From: Promethearchaeia archaeon
GTDB taxonomy: Archaea > Asgardarchaeota > Lokiarchaeia > Sigyniarchaeales > SOKP01
Length of the DNA: 64,000 nucleotides
Assembly: GCA_046483985.1 (NCBI GenBank)
Contig: JAWOCD010000084.1
Coordinates: 32,001 to 96,000, forward strand
Direction of reading: 5' to 3'
Shown: positions 1 to 9,723 of the stretch, one piece after another
How positions within the stretch are numbered: the first letter of the stretch is position 1
Layout: every line of letters starts with the position of its first letter
Notes under the pieces: generated by a model
Database searches by the model: none
Told to the model about the DNA's origin: nothing
The model's input: only the letters and a program-made list of their open reading frames with translations
Program-made: the position numbers and the translations under genes

Positions 1-108
1 TTCTAATTAACTGTTAATAAGTGAGTTTAATTGGTTTTTAGGAAATAATTATAATACTGAAGAAAAAAACGAATGAAAATTGAGATTATTTCTGTTTTGT
101 GATTAATT

Positions 109-3100
109 ATGGTTGAAATGAGCAAGGAAATGAAAGACTATTTCAATAAGATTCAGCAAGAAGTTGATAAGTGTTATGAACTTGCGGGAATTGCAAGAGG
201 AAAGGGATATGACCCAGATCTTGAGGTAGAATCTCCCCAAGCAAAAGATTTAGCGGGTCGTGTGGAAAAATTAGTGGGACCCGAAGGAGTTGCAAAAGTA
301 ATCCGTGAACTGAAATCTCAAGGGAAATCAGATGATGAGATAGTTTTTCAGGTGGTTTCAGATATTCTCGACAAGAAAATCGGAGATATTGGTGAGAGAG
401 ATATGCGTGTTGAACGAGCTATCAGAGTTGGGCTCGCAATTAAAACTATGGGTGTGGTAAGTGCCCCATTAGAAGGGATTTCCAAGATTCAAATAAAGGA
501 AGATAATCAGAATAATCGATACCTTTCTCTCTTTTTTGCGGGACCCATTCGAGCTGCTGGTGGGACAACTGCGGCATTATGCGTATTGATTGCGGATTTT
601 GTCCGAAGAAAGTCCAACATCCCCAAATATAAGGCGACAAACGGGGAGATTGGACGGTATCTTGAAGAAGTAAAAATGTATGATCGAAAAGTACATTTAC
701 AATATCCCTCATCTCGGGATGAATTAAGATTCGCAGTAAAACATCTCCCCGTAGAAATCAATGGAGATTCTACAGAACAAGAAGAAGTGACAGCATTCAG
801 AAATCTTCCAAGAATCGAAACAAATAATATTCGGGGAGGGGCATGTCTAGTGTTAAACGATGGAATCCTCTTAAAGGCGCCTAAACTTCTAAAAATTGCA
901 AGAAAAATGAATTTGGAGGGGTGGGAATGGTTAGGCGAGCTGAAAAAGATCGCCCTTAGGCAGAAAAAAGAGAAAAAAGAAGAAAAGAAAGAGGAATCGG
1001 AAGAAAAAAAAGATCACAAGACAAAAATTTTACCGAACGATAAATATGTCGCAGATATTATTGCGGGACGACCCGTCTTCGGTCATCCCTCTAGGATGGG
1101 AGGACATCGTATTCGTTATGGACGTTCTCGTAATACTGGCTTAGCTGCTGGGGGTTTTCATCCAGCAACTATGGCCATTTTAGACGATTTTATTGCGATT
1201 GGAACGCAGCTTAGAATCGAAAGACCCGGGAAAAGCACCAGTATCTGTCCCGTTGACAGTATTGAACCTCCAATCGTAAAATTAAAAAATGGAAATGTTA
1301 TTAAGGTTAAATCCAGAAAAAAAGCGAAGAGAGTCTTTAAAGATATCAAGAAGGTTTTGTTCTTGGGGGATATACTATTTGGTTATGGCGAATTTGCAGA
1401 GAATAACCATAAATTAGTCCCTTCGGGATATGTAGAGGAATGGTGGGGGGTTGAATTGGAAAACGCAGTAAAAGCCTCTAAAGAAACTCCAGATACCTTT
1501 ACTAAATACATTAAAGACCCCTTCAATAAGATCCCTCAAGCAGCAGAAGCAATCAAGATCAGTAGACAATTTGATATTCCTCTCCACCCCGCTTACACCG
1601 ATTTTTGGGGTAATATAAGTGTTGAAGAAGCACATGAATTAAGAACAGCGCTTTTAAACAATTATAAAGAAACTCAAGATGTATATTTACCAAACCAAAA
1701 ACCTTTGAAAAGAATTTTAGAAAAGGCATTTATTTTACATCGGGTAAAAGACGGGAAATTAATTTTTAGCAGAGCTATGCAGAGTATTTATCGAGAGATC
1801 TTCCATTTAGAAGATTCTTCAAACCTATCTTGTGAAGGACTAGAAGATGTTTTTTCTTATTTCTATAAACTTAGTTCTTTGCGAGTTCGAAATAAAGCTC
1901 CCTATTTCATGGGGACTCGTATGGGGCGTCCTGAAAAATCACAGAGAAAAAGTATGAAAGGAATTCATACATTATTCCCATTAAGCCATAAGGTAGGAAG
2001 CACCCGCCTTGTGGAAAAAGCGTTGGAATTTGAAAAGATCAAAATCGATGTTTGCCGGAAAAAATGTAAAGAATGCGGAACGGTAAATATTTTCAATAAA
2101 TGTCCTAATTGCGGAGAGCATACAAAGGTGCAACAAATATGCGAGAACTGCGGTAATTTAGAAAAAGTAAAACAAGAAAAGTGTTCCGGATGTGGCTCCA
2201 GTTATTTATCAACGTCCAAGGAAGCGGTCTTTAATATAAAAAATTATATCCTCCCACGCCTTAAAGAATTTAAAATGTCCCTTCCCGACAAGATGAAGGG
2301 AATTTATGGGCTAACTAACCGATTTAAAGTGCCAGAACCCATTGAGAAAGGGCTCTTACGGGCAAAAAATGGTGTGCTCGTCTATAAAACTGCTGAATTG
2401 CGATACGATGCAACCGATATTCCGCTCACCCATTTTAAACCAAAGGAAATAAAAGTCTCTGTCAGCAAATTGCAAGATCTGGGATATGCCCAAGACCATC
2501 TGGGGAATTCCCTTAAACATGAAGATCAGATTGTCGAACTCAAGGCACAAGATGTGATTCTCTCCTATGATTGTGCGAAATATTTTGTAAAAGAAGCCAA
2601 TTTCTTAGATGATGAATTAGAGCAATTTTACAAAATGGATCCTTATTATCATGTGTCAAAACCTAGTGATTTAATAGGGCATTTATGCGTTGGACTGGCT
2701 CCACACACCAGCGCAGGAGTAATTGGACGAATCATCGGATTCTCGCCCGCACGTTCTATCTATGCCCATCCCTACTGGCATGCGGCGAAGCGGAGAAACT
2801 GTTTTCCAGGAGAGACTAAAATATTAATTGATTTAGGTAATCAAGTTAAAAAGATCACTATAAAACAGCTTTATGAGGATTATTTTGAAGGAGAATATTT
2901 CGATAAAATGGGATATGTGAAACAAAAACAAAATTGTGATATTCAAGTCTATTCTTTTGATAAAGAGTCTGCGAAAATACGTAAAACAAAGATTAAAAGC
3001 GCATTAAAACTCCCTCATTCAAAAAAATTAATTAAATTTAAATTAATCACTGGACGCAGCTTTAAAACCACACCAGACCATCCAGTAATTGTGTATTCTA

Positions 3101-4974
3101 ATGGAGAAATTGTAGAAAAGAAGGCAATTGAAGTCACAAAAGAAGATAAATTTCTCCTTCCCTCTCTTAAATTTCCAATTAAGAATAAAGAAAAATTCGA
3201 CCTCCTATATGAGTTCAATAAGGAGAAATTTCAGACAATTTGGGATGATCTAATGATTAGGGGTATAAGGGAATTTGTTAAACAAATAGTATCCAAATGG
3301 GGACTTGAACAAACCGCTAAAACATTAGAAATTAACAAGAAAACACTAAATAATTACTATGGAGTGAGAGATTCTGTTCCATTCAGTATTTTGCGAAGGC
3401 TATTAAGTCTCCATAATCTCAAAATTTCCGACATCCCAAATTGTACTCTTGGATTTAAGCGAGATCACACCACAATTAAACGATTTATTCCTGTTAATGA
3501 ATCTGTGATGAAGATTTGTGGTTATTATATTGCAGAAGGATCCTATCGGAAAGAAAAGGATACTTATCAAGTTGATCTGACGATCAGTGAGAAAGACCTT
3601 CGAAAAGATATGCTAAATTCAATTTTCAATTCATTTGGAGATGGATTTCAACCGTATTTTAATAAAAATAGAATAACTATCTCTAATCGAGTACTTTATT
3701 ATTTTTTTAAGGAAATTTTGAAATTTGAGAATAAAGCACGGGTTAAAAGCATCCCTGCATTTTTCTTTAAATTACCTAAGCATAAAATTAAATATCTTTT
3801 ATCTGCATATTTTAGCGTTGATATCGGGCTTGATACTTCCCATAAAATAGTTGTTTGTAGTTCATCTAGTACAAAATTAATTCAAGATATCGATTTAATG
3901 CTCTTAAGGTTTGGGATTTTTGGGGCTATCTCTCACTATTCTGAAAGAAGACCTCCAGAATATAAATTTAGAATCAGAGGGAGAAATGTATTTAAATTTC
4001 ATGAAGAAATAGGATTCACATCCCCCCGAAAGACCAAAATCTTGGAAGATATTGTTAAAACTAAAAAAACCAATCCAGAACGAACCTACAAGACCCATAG
4101 ATTATTAAGAATCAGAAACATTCAACAAGTTCCGTTTCAAGAAGAGTTTGTATATTCATTACACGCTGAAAAGTACCATACAATACTTGTAAATGAGAAT
4201 ATCATTACTCATCAATGTGATGGTGATGAGGACGGTATCATGCTTCTCCTCGATCCTTTACTAAATTTCTCTCGGTATTATTTACCAAATAAGATTGGAG
4301 GACGAATGGATGCAACATTAGTTATTGGCACGTTTCTAGACCCCAAAGAGGTAGATACTGAGGCTCATAACGTAGATACGCTATTTCAATATCCCTTAGA
4401 GTTTTATGAAGCCACCCAGCGATACGCAACTCCAGACGAGGTAGAAGAAATGATGGGGTTGGTCGGCAGTCGGTTGGGACAACCAAATCAATATGAAGGA
4501 ATCGGGTATAATATTCCCACCTCTGACATCAATGAAGGACCCACAGTGACTGCATATAAAAAGTATCAAAGTATGGACGAAAAGCTGGATGCCCAATTGC
4601 ACCTTGCGAAAATCATTAAAGCCGTAGATCCAAAAAGCGTGGGCTCGAAGATATTGAGCTCTCATTTCAACCCCGACATCTTAGGCAACTTACGGAAATT
4701 CGGTCAGCAAGAATTCCGATGCGTGAAATGCAATACAAAATTCCGACGGCCGCCGTTGGCTAATAATGGGCGATGTCCCAAATGTGGGGGGAATATCATC
4801 CTCACCGTCAATGCAGGGGGAATTGAAAAATATATTCCTCGCGCCCTTAAAATTTGTAAGGAATTTAAACTTGATAATTACACGGTACAAAAGATGGAAC
4901 TAATAAATGAATACGTGCAGAGTTTGACCGATAATCCCCGAATTAAGCAGCAAAAGTTATCGGATTTTCTTTAA
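109..4974 (+). CDS. polC: DNA polymerase II (PolD) large subunit DP2, intein-containing
   Basis: DP2 motifs AGPIRAAGGT, RYGRSRNTGL, GTRMGRPEK, HAAKRRN/CDGDED, internal and C-terminal Zn fingers. Confidence 0.98.
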   Translation: MVEMSKEMKDYFNKIQQEVDKCYELAGIARGKGYDPDLEVESPQAKDLAGRVEKLVGPEGVAKVIRELKSQGKSDDEIVFQVVSDILDKKIGDIGERDMRVERAIRVGLAIKTMGVVSAPLEGISKIQIKEDNQNNRYLSLFFAGPIRAAGGTTAALCVLIADFVRRKSNIPKYKATNGEIGRYLEEVKMYDRKVHLQYPSSRDELRFAVKHLPVEINGDSTEQEEVTAFRNLPRIETNNIRGGACLVLNDGILLKAPKLLKIARKMNLEGWEWLGELKKIALRQKKEKKEEKKEESEEKKDHKTKILPNDKYVADIIAGRPVFGHPSRMGGHRIRYGRSRNTGLAAGGFHPATMAILDDFIAIGTQLRIERPGKSTSICPVDSIEPPIVKLKNGNVIKVKSRKKAKRVFKDIKKVLFLGDILFGYGEFAENNHKLVPSGYVEEWWGVELENAVKASKETPDTFTKYIKDPFNKIPQAAEAIKISRQFDIPLHPAYTDFWGNISVEEAHELRTALLNNYKETQDVYLPNQKPLKRILEKAFILHRVKDGKLIFSRAMQSIYREIFHLEDSSNLSCEGLEDVFSYFYKLSSLRVRNKAPYFMGTRMGRPEKSQRKSMKGIHTLFPLSHKVGSTRLVEKALEFEKIKIDVCRKKCKECGTVNIFNKCPNCGEHTKVQQICENCGNLEKVKQEKCSGCGSSYLSTSKEAVFNIKNYILPRLKEFKMSLPDKMKGIYGLTNRFKVPEPIEKGLLRAKNGVLVYKTAELRYDATDIPLTHFKPKEIKVSVSKLQDLGYAQDHLGNSLKHEDQIVELKAQDVILSYDCAKYFVKEANFLDDELEQFYKMDPYYHVSKPSDLIGHLCVGLAPHTSAGVIGRIIGFSPARSIYAHPYWHAAKRRNCFPGETKILIDLGNQVKKITIKQLYEDYFEGEYFDKMGYVKQKQNCDIQVYSFDKESAKIRKTKIKSALKLPHSKKLIKFKLITGRSFKTTPDHPVIVYSNGEIVEKKAIEVTKEDKFLLPSLKFPIKNKEKFDLLYEFNKEKFQTIWDDLMIRGIREFVKQIVSKWGLEQTAKTLEINKKTLNNYYGVRDSVPFSILRRLLSLHNLKISDIPNCTLGFKRDHTTIKRFIPVNESVMKICGYYIAEGSYRKEKDTYQVDLTISEKDLRKDMLNSIFNSFGDGFQPYFNKNRITISNRVLYYFFKEILKFENKARVKSIPAFFFKLPKHKIKYLLSAYFSVDIGLDTSHKIVVCSSSSTKLIQDIDLMLLRFGIFGAISHYSERRPPEYKFRIRGRNVFKFHEEIGFTSPRKTKILEDIVKTKKTNPERTYKTHRLLRIRNIQQVPFQEEFVYSLHAEKYHTILVNENIITHQCDGDEDGIMLLLDPLLNFSRYYLPNKIGGRMDATLVIGTFLDPKEVDTEAHNVDTLFQYPLEFYEATQRYATPDEVEEMMGLVGSRLGQPNQYEGIGYNIPTSDINEGPTVTAYKKYQSMDEKLDAQLHLAKIIKAVDPKSVGSKILSSHFNPDILGNLRKFGQQEFRCVKCNTKFRRPPLANNGRCPKCGGNIILTVNAGGIEKYIPRALKICKEFKLDNYTVQKMELINEYVQSLTDNPRIKQQKLSDFL
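2800..4215 (+). mobile_element. Intein (472 aa) with LAGLIDADG homing endonuclease domain in DP2
   Basis: Interrupts KRRN|CDGDED; starts CFPGET, block B TTPDHP, ICGYYIAEG and LSAYFSVDIG motifs, ends THQ before Cys+1. Confidence 0.95.
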
Positions 4975-5074
4975 AGTTTCTGTTCTTACTAACACCCTTC
5001 CTAACATTACTGGCAAAAGCTACTTTATTGCTTAAGTAATGAATGCAGAATTATTCTAAAAGGAGTTTAATTGA

Positions 5075-5189
5075 TGCAGGAGGTGGGATTTGAACCCACG
5101 TACTCCTATGAGACTAGAGCCTCGGTCTAGCACCGGTTATCGTGTAGGCGAGATGCTCAGTCACATTGACCAGGCTTGGCGACTCCTGC
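5075..5189 (-). tRNA. tRNA-Leu(GAG) with 30-nt D-loop intron (approx. 21/22; 5136-5165)
   Basis: Acceptor GCAGGAG/CTCCTGC+A, anticodon arm CTAGA-CCGAGGC-TCTAG, long variable arm, GGTTCAAATCC; removing the intron restores GCCAAGCCTGGTCAACGGTG. Confidence 0.88.
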
Positions 5190-5352
5190 AATGAATAATA
5201 TCAACATTTGTCCATAAAAAATAGTAATACGAAATGTTGATCTTTGTTTTACCAAATTAAATAATAAAACCATTAAAAAATTAAAAATTTTTTTGTTAGA
5301 ATGTTCATTAGATTAATTATTAGATCCTAATTTAACAAAAGGGGAAATAAAA

Positions 5353-6261
5353 GTGGCAAGTAAAAATTTTCGGGACATTTTATCGGAAGAATTGAACTAC
5401 TATATTGTTCGCGTGTTAAGAAATAGCCCCATATCGGAAAAAGCGGTAACAAAATACTTGAAAACCTCCCTAAAGGAAGATCTCAAAACAATTAAAAATC
5501 ATCTAGAACAATTGGAAGAACATCAAGTCATTTGTTCCTTTTCCCACGAGGAAAACATATATTATTTATTACTAAAGGATTTTTATCTGCTTCGGCGACC
5601 TCCAGAAGATTTAATTGATTATATTAACCGAAAACATAAAATTCCCGAGGATGTTCGGAAAAAATACAGTGTAATCTTAAAACAATATTTCGGAAGTTAC
5701 GTCAGTTCCCTCAAAAAGTTGAAGAAGGATATGGAAGAAGGGCTTATTGAAGTCTTTATTAATGATTATTTGCAAGAGGTAATAGAGAAATTGAAAGAAA
5801 AGCCTTACACCTACAAAAAAGCCAAGAAAAAACTCTCCAATTGGGATTTAGTCGAACGAATATTGAAAAAGCAAAATTTAATCGAGATTTTGCCAAGCTC
5901 CCAGTCGCAAGAACGATGGGTCCTTTTGAAAACAGATATAGTGTTTCAGCTCTTTTTTCCGAATTATCTCATTAAAAACATTAAGGAGAGATTAAGTGAG
6001 GGGAAAATTGAGAAGGAATTATCATTAAAGTCGCTTTATAAACTTAAAAAAGAATATTTAAAACAAGAAAAACCGGAACAATATGATCATTTAAAACGGC
6101 AAGCGGAAAACAAGGAAAAAGTAATAAAACGACTTTTAGAAAAAGGAAAGAGCCCCATCGATAAAGCAAAAAAACTCGTTAAAATCTATAAGTCATTAGG
6201 CGAGTTTGAAAAACGCGAAAAGTTAAAAATCATGATTGCAAACGAGCAGAATAAAAATTAG
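5353..6261 (+). CDS. Hypothetical protein (helical, Lys/Glu-rich)
   Basis: 302-aa ORF, no motif recognised. Confidence 0.7.
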   Translation: MASKNFRDILSEELNYYIVRVLRNSPISEKAVTKYLKTSLKEDLKTIKNHLEQLEEHQVICSFSHEENIYYLLLKDFYLLRRPPEDLIDYINRKHKIPEDVRKKYSVILKQYFGSYVSSLKKLKKDMEEGLIEVFINDYLQEVIEKLKEKPYTYKKAKKKLSNWDLVERILKKQNLIEILPSSQSQERWVLLKTDIVFQLFFPNYLIKNIKERLSEGKIEKELSLKSLYKLKKEYLKQEKPEQYDHLKRQAENKEKVIKRLLEKGKSPIDKAKKLVKIYKSLGEFEKREKLKIMIANEQNKN

Positions 6262-6269
6262 AAGATCTA

Positions 6270-6767
6270 TTAAATCGTTTCCTCGTCCTCAGTTTCTAAT
6301 GTTAAAAAGATATCTTTTATGTTGTACTCCATATCTTCAATTAGTTTTTCTCGGGTTTTAAGTATTTTTCCTTCCTCATTGGTCCCTTTAATCTCGATTC
6401 CCTCTTGTATTTTTTTAATACTAAAGTCTAAAACCTTCTGCTTCAGTTGATTTAAGCCTTCATCACCGAATTTTACCACGGTTTTAATCGAATGGCGCTT
6501 CTTTTGGGACACGATTTCGCAAAGATCCTTATCCTTCCAGCTTTGTAGTATTTCACGCACAACTTTATGAAAAATAGAAAATTTCGACTTCTTTTTATCC
6601 AGCCTATCAAGAAGGATCTTACAAATTTGGGTCGAGGGAAACATATTGCTGAAATACTTATTATGAACTCCTAAAATATATTCTGCAATGATATTTTCAA
6701 AATCCTCTCTGTTTTCTTCCAACAAATTTTTGATTCCTTTCTGATAAGAACTTAATTCATCGTTCAT
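6270..6767 (-). CDS. Hypothetical protein
   Basis: 165-aa ORF convergent with the preceding gene. Confidence 0.7.
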   Translation of the reverse strand: MNDELSSYQKGIKNLLEENREDFENIIAEYILGVHNKYFSNMFPSTQICKILLDRLDKKKSKFSIFHKVVREILQSWKDKDLCEIVSQKKRHSIKTVVKFGDEGLNQLKQKVLDFSIKKIQEGIEIKGTNEEGKILKTREKLIEDMEYNIKDIFLTLETEDEETI

Positions 6768-6863
6768 AATAATACTTCACATAATTTTTCAATAAATAAT
6801 TTAATAATTAATAAAACTTAGATTATATAAATTAATCCATTTAAATTAAAAAAAAAAAACACC

Positions 6864-7865
6864 ATGAGCATTAGTAGAGAAGACTTAAACCAATTGCTGA
6901 AGGGTTATAAAAAACAATTAGGTGATGATCTAGTTGCAGCACTTATCCTCAATAGAGATGGACTTGTCATTGATGCAATTGGTACATCCGAAGAAAAAAG
7001 CCCCAATGAAGAAATTGTAGGAGGAGTTAGCGGTTTAGTTGAACCCATTCTGAAACGAATAACAAAGGAGTTTGATTCAAGATCCTTTGGAACAGGAACA
7101 TTTGATACGGAGGATTATCGATTGATTTTCTGCGAAGCAGGACCCCATGGAATATTTGTTACGATCTTAGATTCTTTTACGAGAATCGATCCTGTGTTTC
7201 CTTACGCATATCTGGCTGCCGAGAAGATTTCTCGTATTTTTGATAAACGTCCCGTGAATCCCGAAATTCCTCCGATTAAAGTTAATAGGTCACAAAATAC
7301 CATCGAACGTAAAGTTGGGGAGCTCAGACGGGTGAAAGTAAAGTCCGGAGACTATGCGTTTAAACTGATTTTAGGAGGAGATGGTGGAGTAGGTAAGACT
7401 TCAATGGTACATCGATTTGTTGAAGATTCGTTTCAACAAGATTACAAGGCGACCATTGGCACGTCCATCATGAAAAAGTCTTGCAGATTTGAAGGTTTAG
7501 AGTCAAATATAAGCTTTATAATCTGGGATCTTGCTGGTCAGAAGCAGTTCCGTCTTATACGAAGGAATTACTTAAAAAATGCAAGGGCAGGTATAATTGT
7601 CTATGATGTAACGCGTCCAGAAACCTTTGAAAGTATCGAGAGATGGCACGAAGAAATAACGCGAGTAGAACCGAAAATAAATCTCATTTTAGTAGGAAAT
7701 AAAATTGATCTCGAGCGAAAAGTTGCTCGTGAACAAGCAGAAAAGAAAGCAGAGGAATTAGGAGTTTCGTATGAGGAAACTTCTGCAAAAACGGGGGAAA
7801 ATATTGAAGAGGTATTTCGCCTCTTAGCCTTGCATTTAATCAATAGAAATCTAAAGACCGAATAA
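6864..7865 (+). CDS. Roadblock/LC7 domain fused to Rab-like small GTPase
   Basis: N-term LILNRDGLVI roadblock pattern; C-term GDGGVGKT, ATIG, WDLAGQ, NKID, ETSAK. Confidence 0.9.
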   Translation: MSISREDLNQLLKGYKKQLGDDLVAALILNRDGLVIDAIGTSEEKSPNEEIVGGVSGLVEPILKRITKEFDSRSFGTGTFDTEDYRLIFCEAGPHGIFVTILDSFTRIDPVFPYAYLAAEKISRIFDKRPVNPEIPPIKVNRSQNTIERKVGELRRVKVKSGDYAFKLILGGDGGVGKTSMVHRFVEDSFQQDYKATIGTSIMKKSCRFEGLESNISFIIWDLAGQKQFRLIRRNYLKNARAGIIVYDVTRPETFESIERWHEEITRVEPKINLILVGNKIDLERKVAREQAEKKAEELGVSYEETSAKTGENIEEVFRLLALHLINRNLKTE

Positions 7866-8034
7866 TTTAAATCTTTATATTTGCATTAAAAAATGCTTAA
7901 TTAGATACCCTCCCAGAAAGTAGTTTTATTTCTCAAAATTTTCTTTTAGCATAAAATAGAATTTTACTATACGCATTTATTAATGCGAAAATGCTCTAAA
8001 AATTAGGAATAAAATAGAAAAAGGAAATTGGTGA

Positions 8035-8136
8035 AGCCCTTGGGGGGATTTTCCAATTTATCCTAAATGGATAACTTTTTTGAACCCCCGACATTCTGAT
8101 TACGAATCAGACACTCCACCGCTGAGTTACAAGGGC
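8035..8136 (-). tRNA. tRNA-Thr(CGT) with 30-nt T-loop intron (59/60; 8049-8078)
   Basis: GCCCTTG/CAAGGGC acceptor, TCTGA-TTCGTAA-TCAGA anticodon arm; 102 nt minus the 30-nt insert gives a 72-nt cloverleaf with TTCAAAT loop. Confidence 0.92.
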
Positions 8137-8194
8137 ATTGCAAAAATAATTTAATGGAGCAGTAATCTTATATTCGAAACTAATAATTATTAAT

Positions 8195-9250
8195 TTGAAA
8201 AAAATTATAAATTTTATTGGAATGACGAAAAAAACAATAGCAGATCTTGGAGAAGTAAAGGTAATTGAGATTATCGAAAAGGAAATCTCAATCATAGATC
8301 ATATAAAAATCAGAGAAGATGATGCCTTCTTTTTCGATCTTACTTCGGAAATAAAACCACAAAACGGGGAGAATTTTCAACTTGTTTCCAATACAGATAT
8401 GTTAGTATCCACCACAGATGTGCCCGAAGGAATGACAAATTACCAGATCGGGCGTAAAGCGGTACTGATGAACATTAGCGATTTAATTGTAAAGGGTGTC
8501 CATCCAAAAGGAATGCTTATCTCTTTGGGAGTGCCAGGGATTTTCTTCGTGAGCGATTTCAGGGACCTTATCAAAGGTGTAATTAATTACGGAAAGGAAT
8601 GGAAGATAAAATACTTGGGGGGGGATTTAAACGAGACTAATGAGTTAATTTTAAATCCAACAGTTTTTGGGATAAAGGAAAAGGATACAATAATTCATAG
8701 AAATGGCATGAGTGGGGGGGATTTTGTATGCACTAACGGTAAGTTTGGGCTTACAGGGGTGGGTTTTGATATTCTCCTTCATAAAAAGCCGCTTCAAAAG
8801 TATTTACCTCAATATAAAAAAAGTATTAACAGCGTACTTAACAATCACAACTTGAGTAAAGAAGCATTTATATTGGCAGACCAGAAGCTTGTAACGGCCA
8901 GTATTGACTCATCCGACGGGCTCGCCAAGTCTCTGCAAGATTTAATGAGGGTCAATCCAGGATTAGGTTTTGAAATCCAATTTTGTGAGAACTTAATTGC
9001 TGAAGAGGCATCGAAATATGCAAAAGAGGTTCAAGTTTCCTTAGAGAAACTAATCTTTAATGCCGGTGAAGAATTCATTCATCTCTTTACGATTCCTCCC
9101 AACTTATTCAAAAAAGCCCAAACGGCGATAGAAAAATCCGGCGGAAATTTATTTAAAATTGGAGAAGTAATATCGGAAGATAAAATTCTTATTCGGAAAG
9201 AAAACGACACTTATGAATTAAAAAAAGGAGGCTTTGAACATTTTATTTGA
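8195..9250 (+). CDS. thiL: Thiamine-monophosphate kinase (start may be ATG at 8222)
   Basis: GE..I, DDA, TDML, NISDL, GGDL, IDSSDGL, GEEF motifs. Confidence 0.92.
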   Translation: MKKIINFIGMTKKTIADLGEVKVIEIIEKEISIIDHIKIREDDAFFFDLTSEIKPQNGENFQLVSNTDMLVSTTDVPEGMTNYQIGRKAVLMNISDLIVKGVHPKGMLISLGVPGIFFVSDFRDLIKGVINYGKEWKIKYLGGDLNETNELILNPTVFGIKEKDTIIHRNGMSGGDFVCTNGKFGLTGVGFDILLHKKPLQKYLPQYKKSINSVLNNHNLSKEAFILADQKLVTASIDSSDGLAKSLQDLMRVNPGLGFEIQFCENLIAEEASKYAKEVQVSLEKLIFNAGEEFIHLFTIPPNLFKKAQTAIEKSGGNLFKIGEVISEDKILIRKENDTYELKKGGFEHFI

Positions 9251-9307
9251 AAATTTCAATATTCTGGTAAAAAATGAGGGAAATAAAGTAGATATAAAAA
9301 GAATATG

Positions 9308-9411
9308 CGGGCTATGAGGGAATTTCAAATTTACCCGAAACGGATAATCTTTTTGAACCCTCGACCTTCAGGTTAAAAGCCTGCAGCGCTACCTGTCTGC
9401 GCCAATAGCCC
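9308..9411 (-). tRNA. tRNA-Lys(TTT) with 30-nt T-loop intron (59/60; 9322-9351)
   Basis: GGGCTAT/ATAGCCC+G, CAGG-CTTTTAA-CCTG; BHB with TTCA/TGAA helix and AAA/ATT bulges. Confidence 0.93.
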
Positions 9412-9723
9412 AGCGTTTAATTCCAATGTATCTAAGTATTACTTTCAATAATTCTATAAATACTTATGAAGATATGAATAGATAATAAATAGAATGGATA
9501 ATAATATTAAAATTTTTACAATCTACCATTCTTAAAATATATATTCATAGAAGTCTTCATTTTAATCAGTTAAATGGTTAGGATTTTAAATTATTTTATT
9601 GAAAGTGGATTTTTGAGCAATTTTGCTAAATTAAACGAAAAATGCAACAATTCTCAGTAATTAAAATTAGAATTTTCCACATGGAATAGAAATTTTAAGA
9701 AAAAATCATTTTAAATAGTAGGA

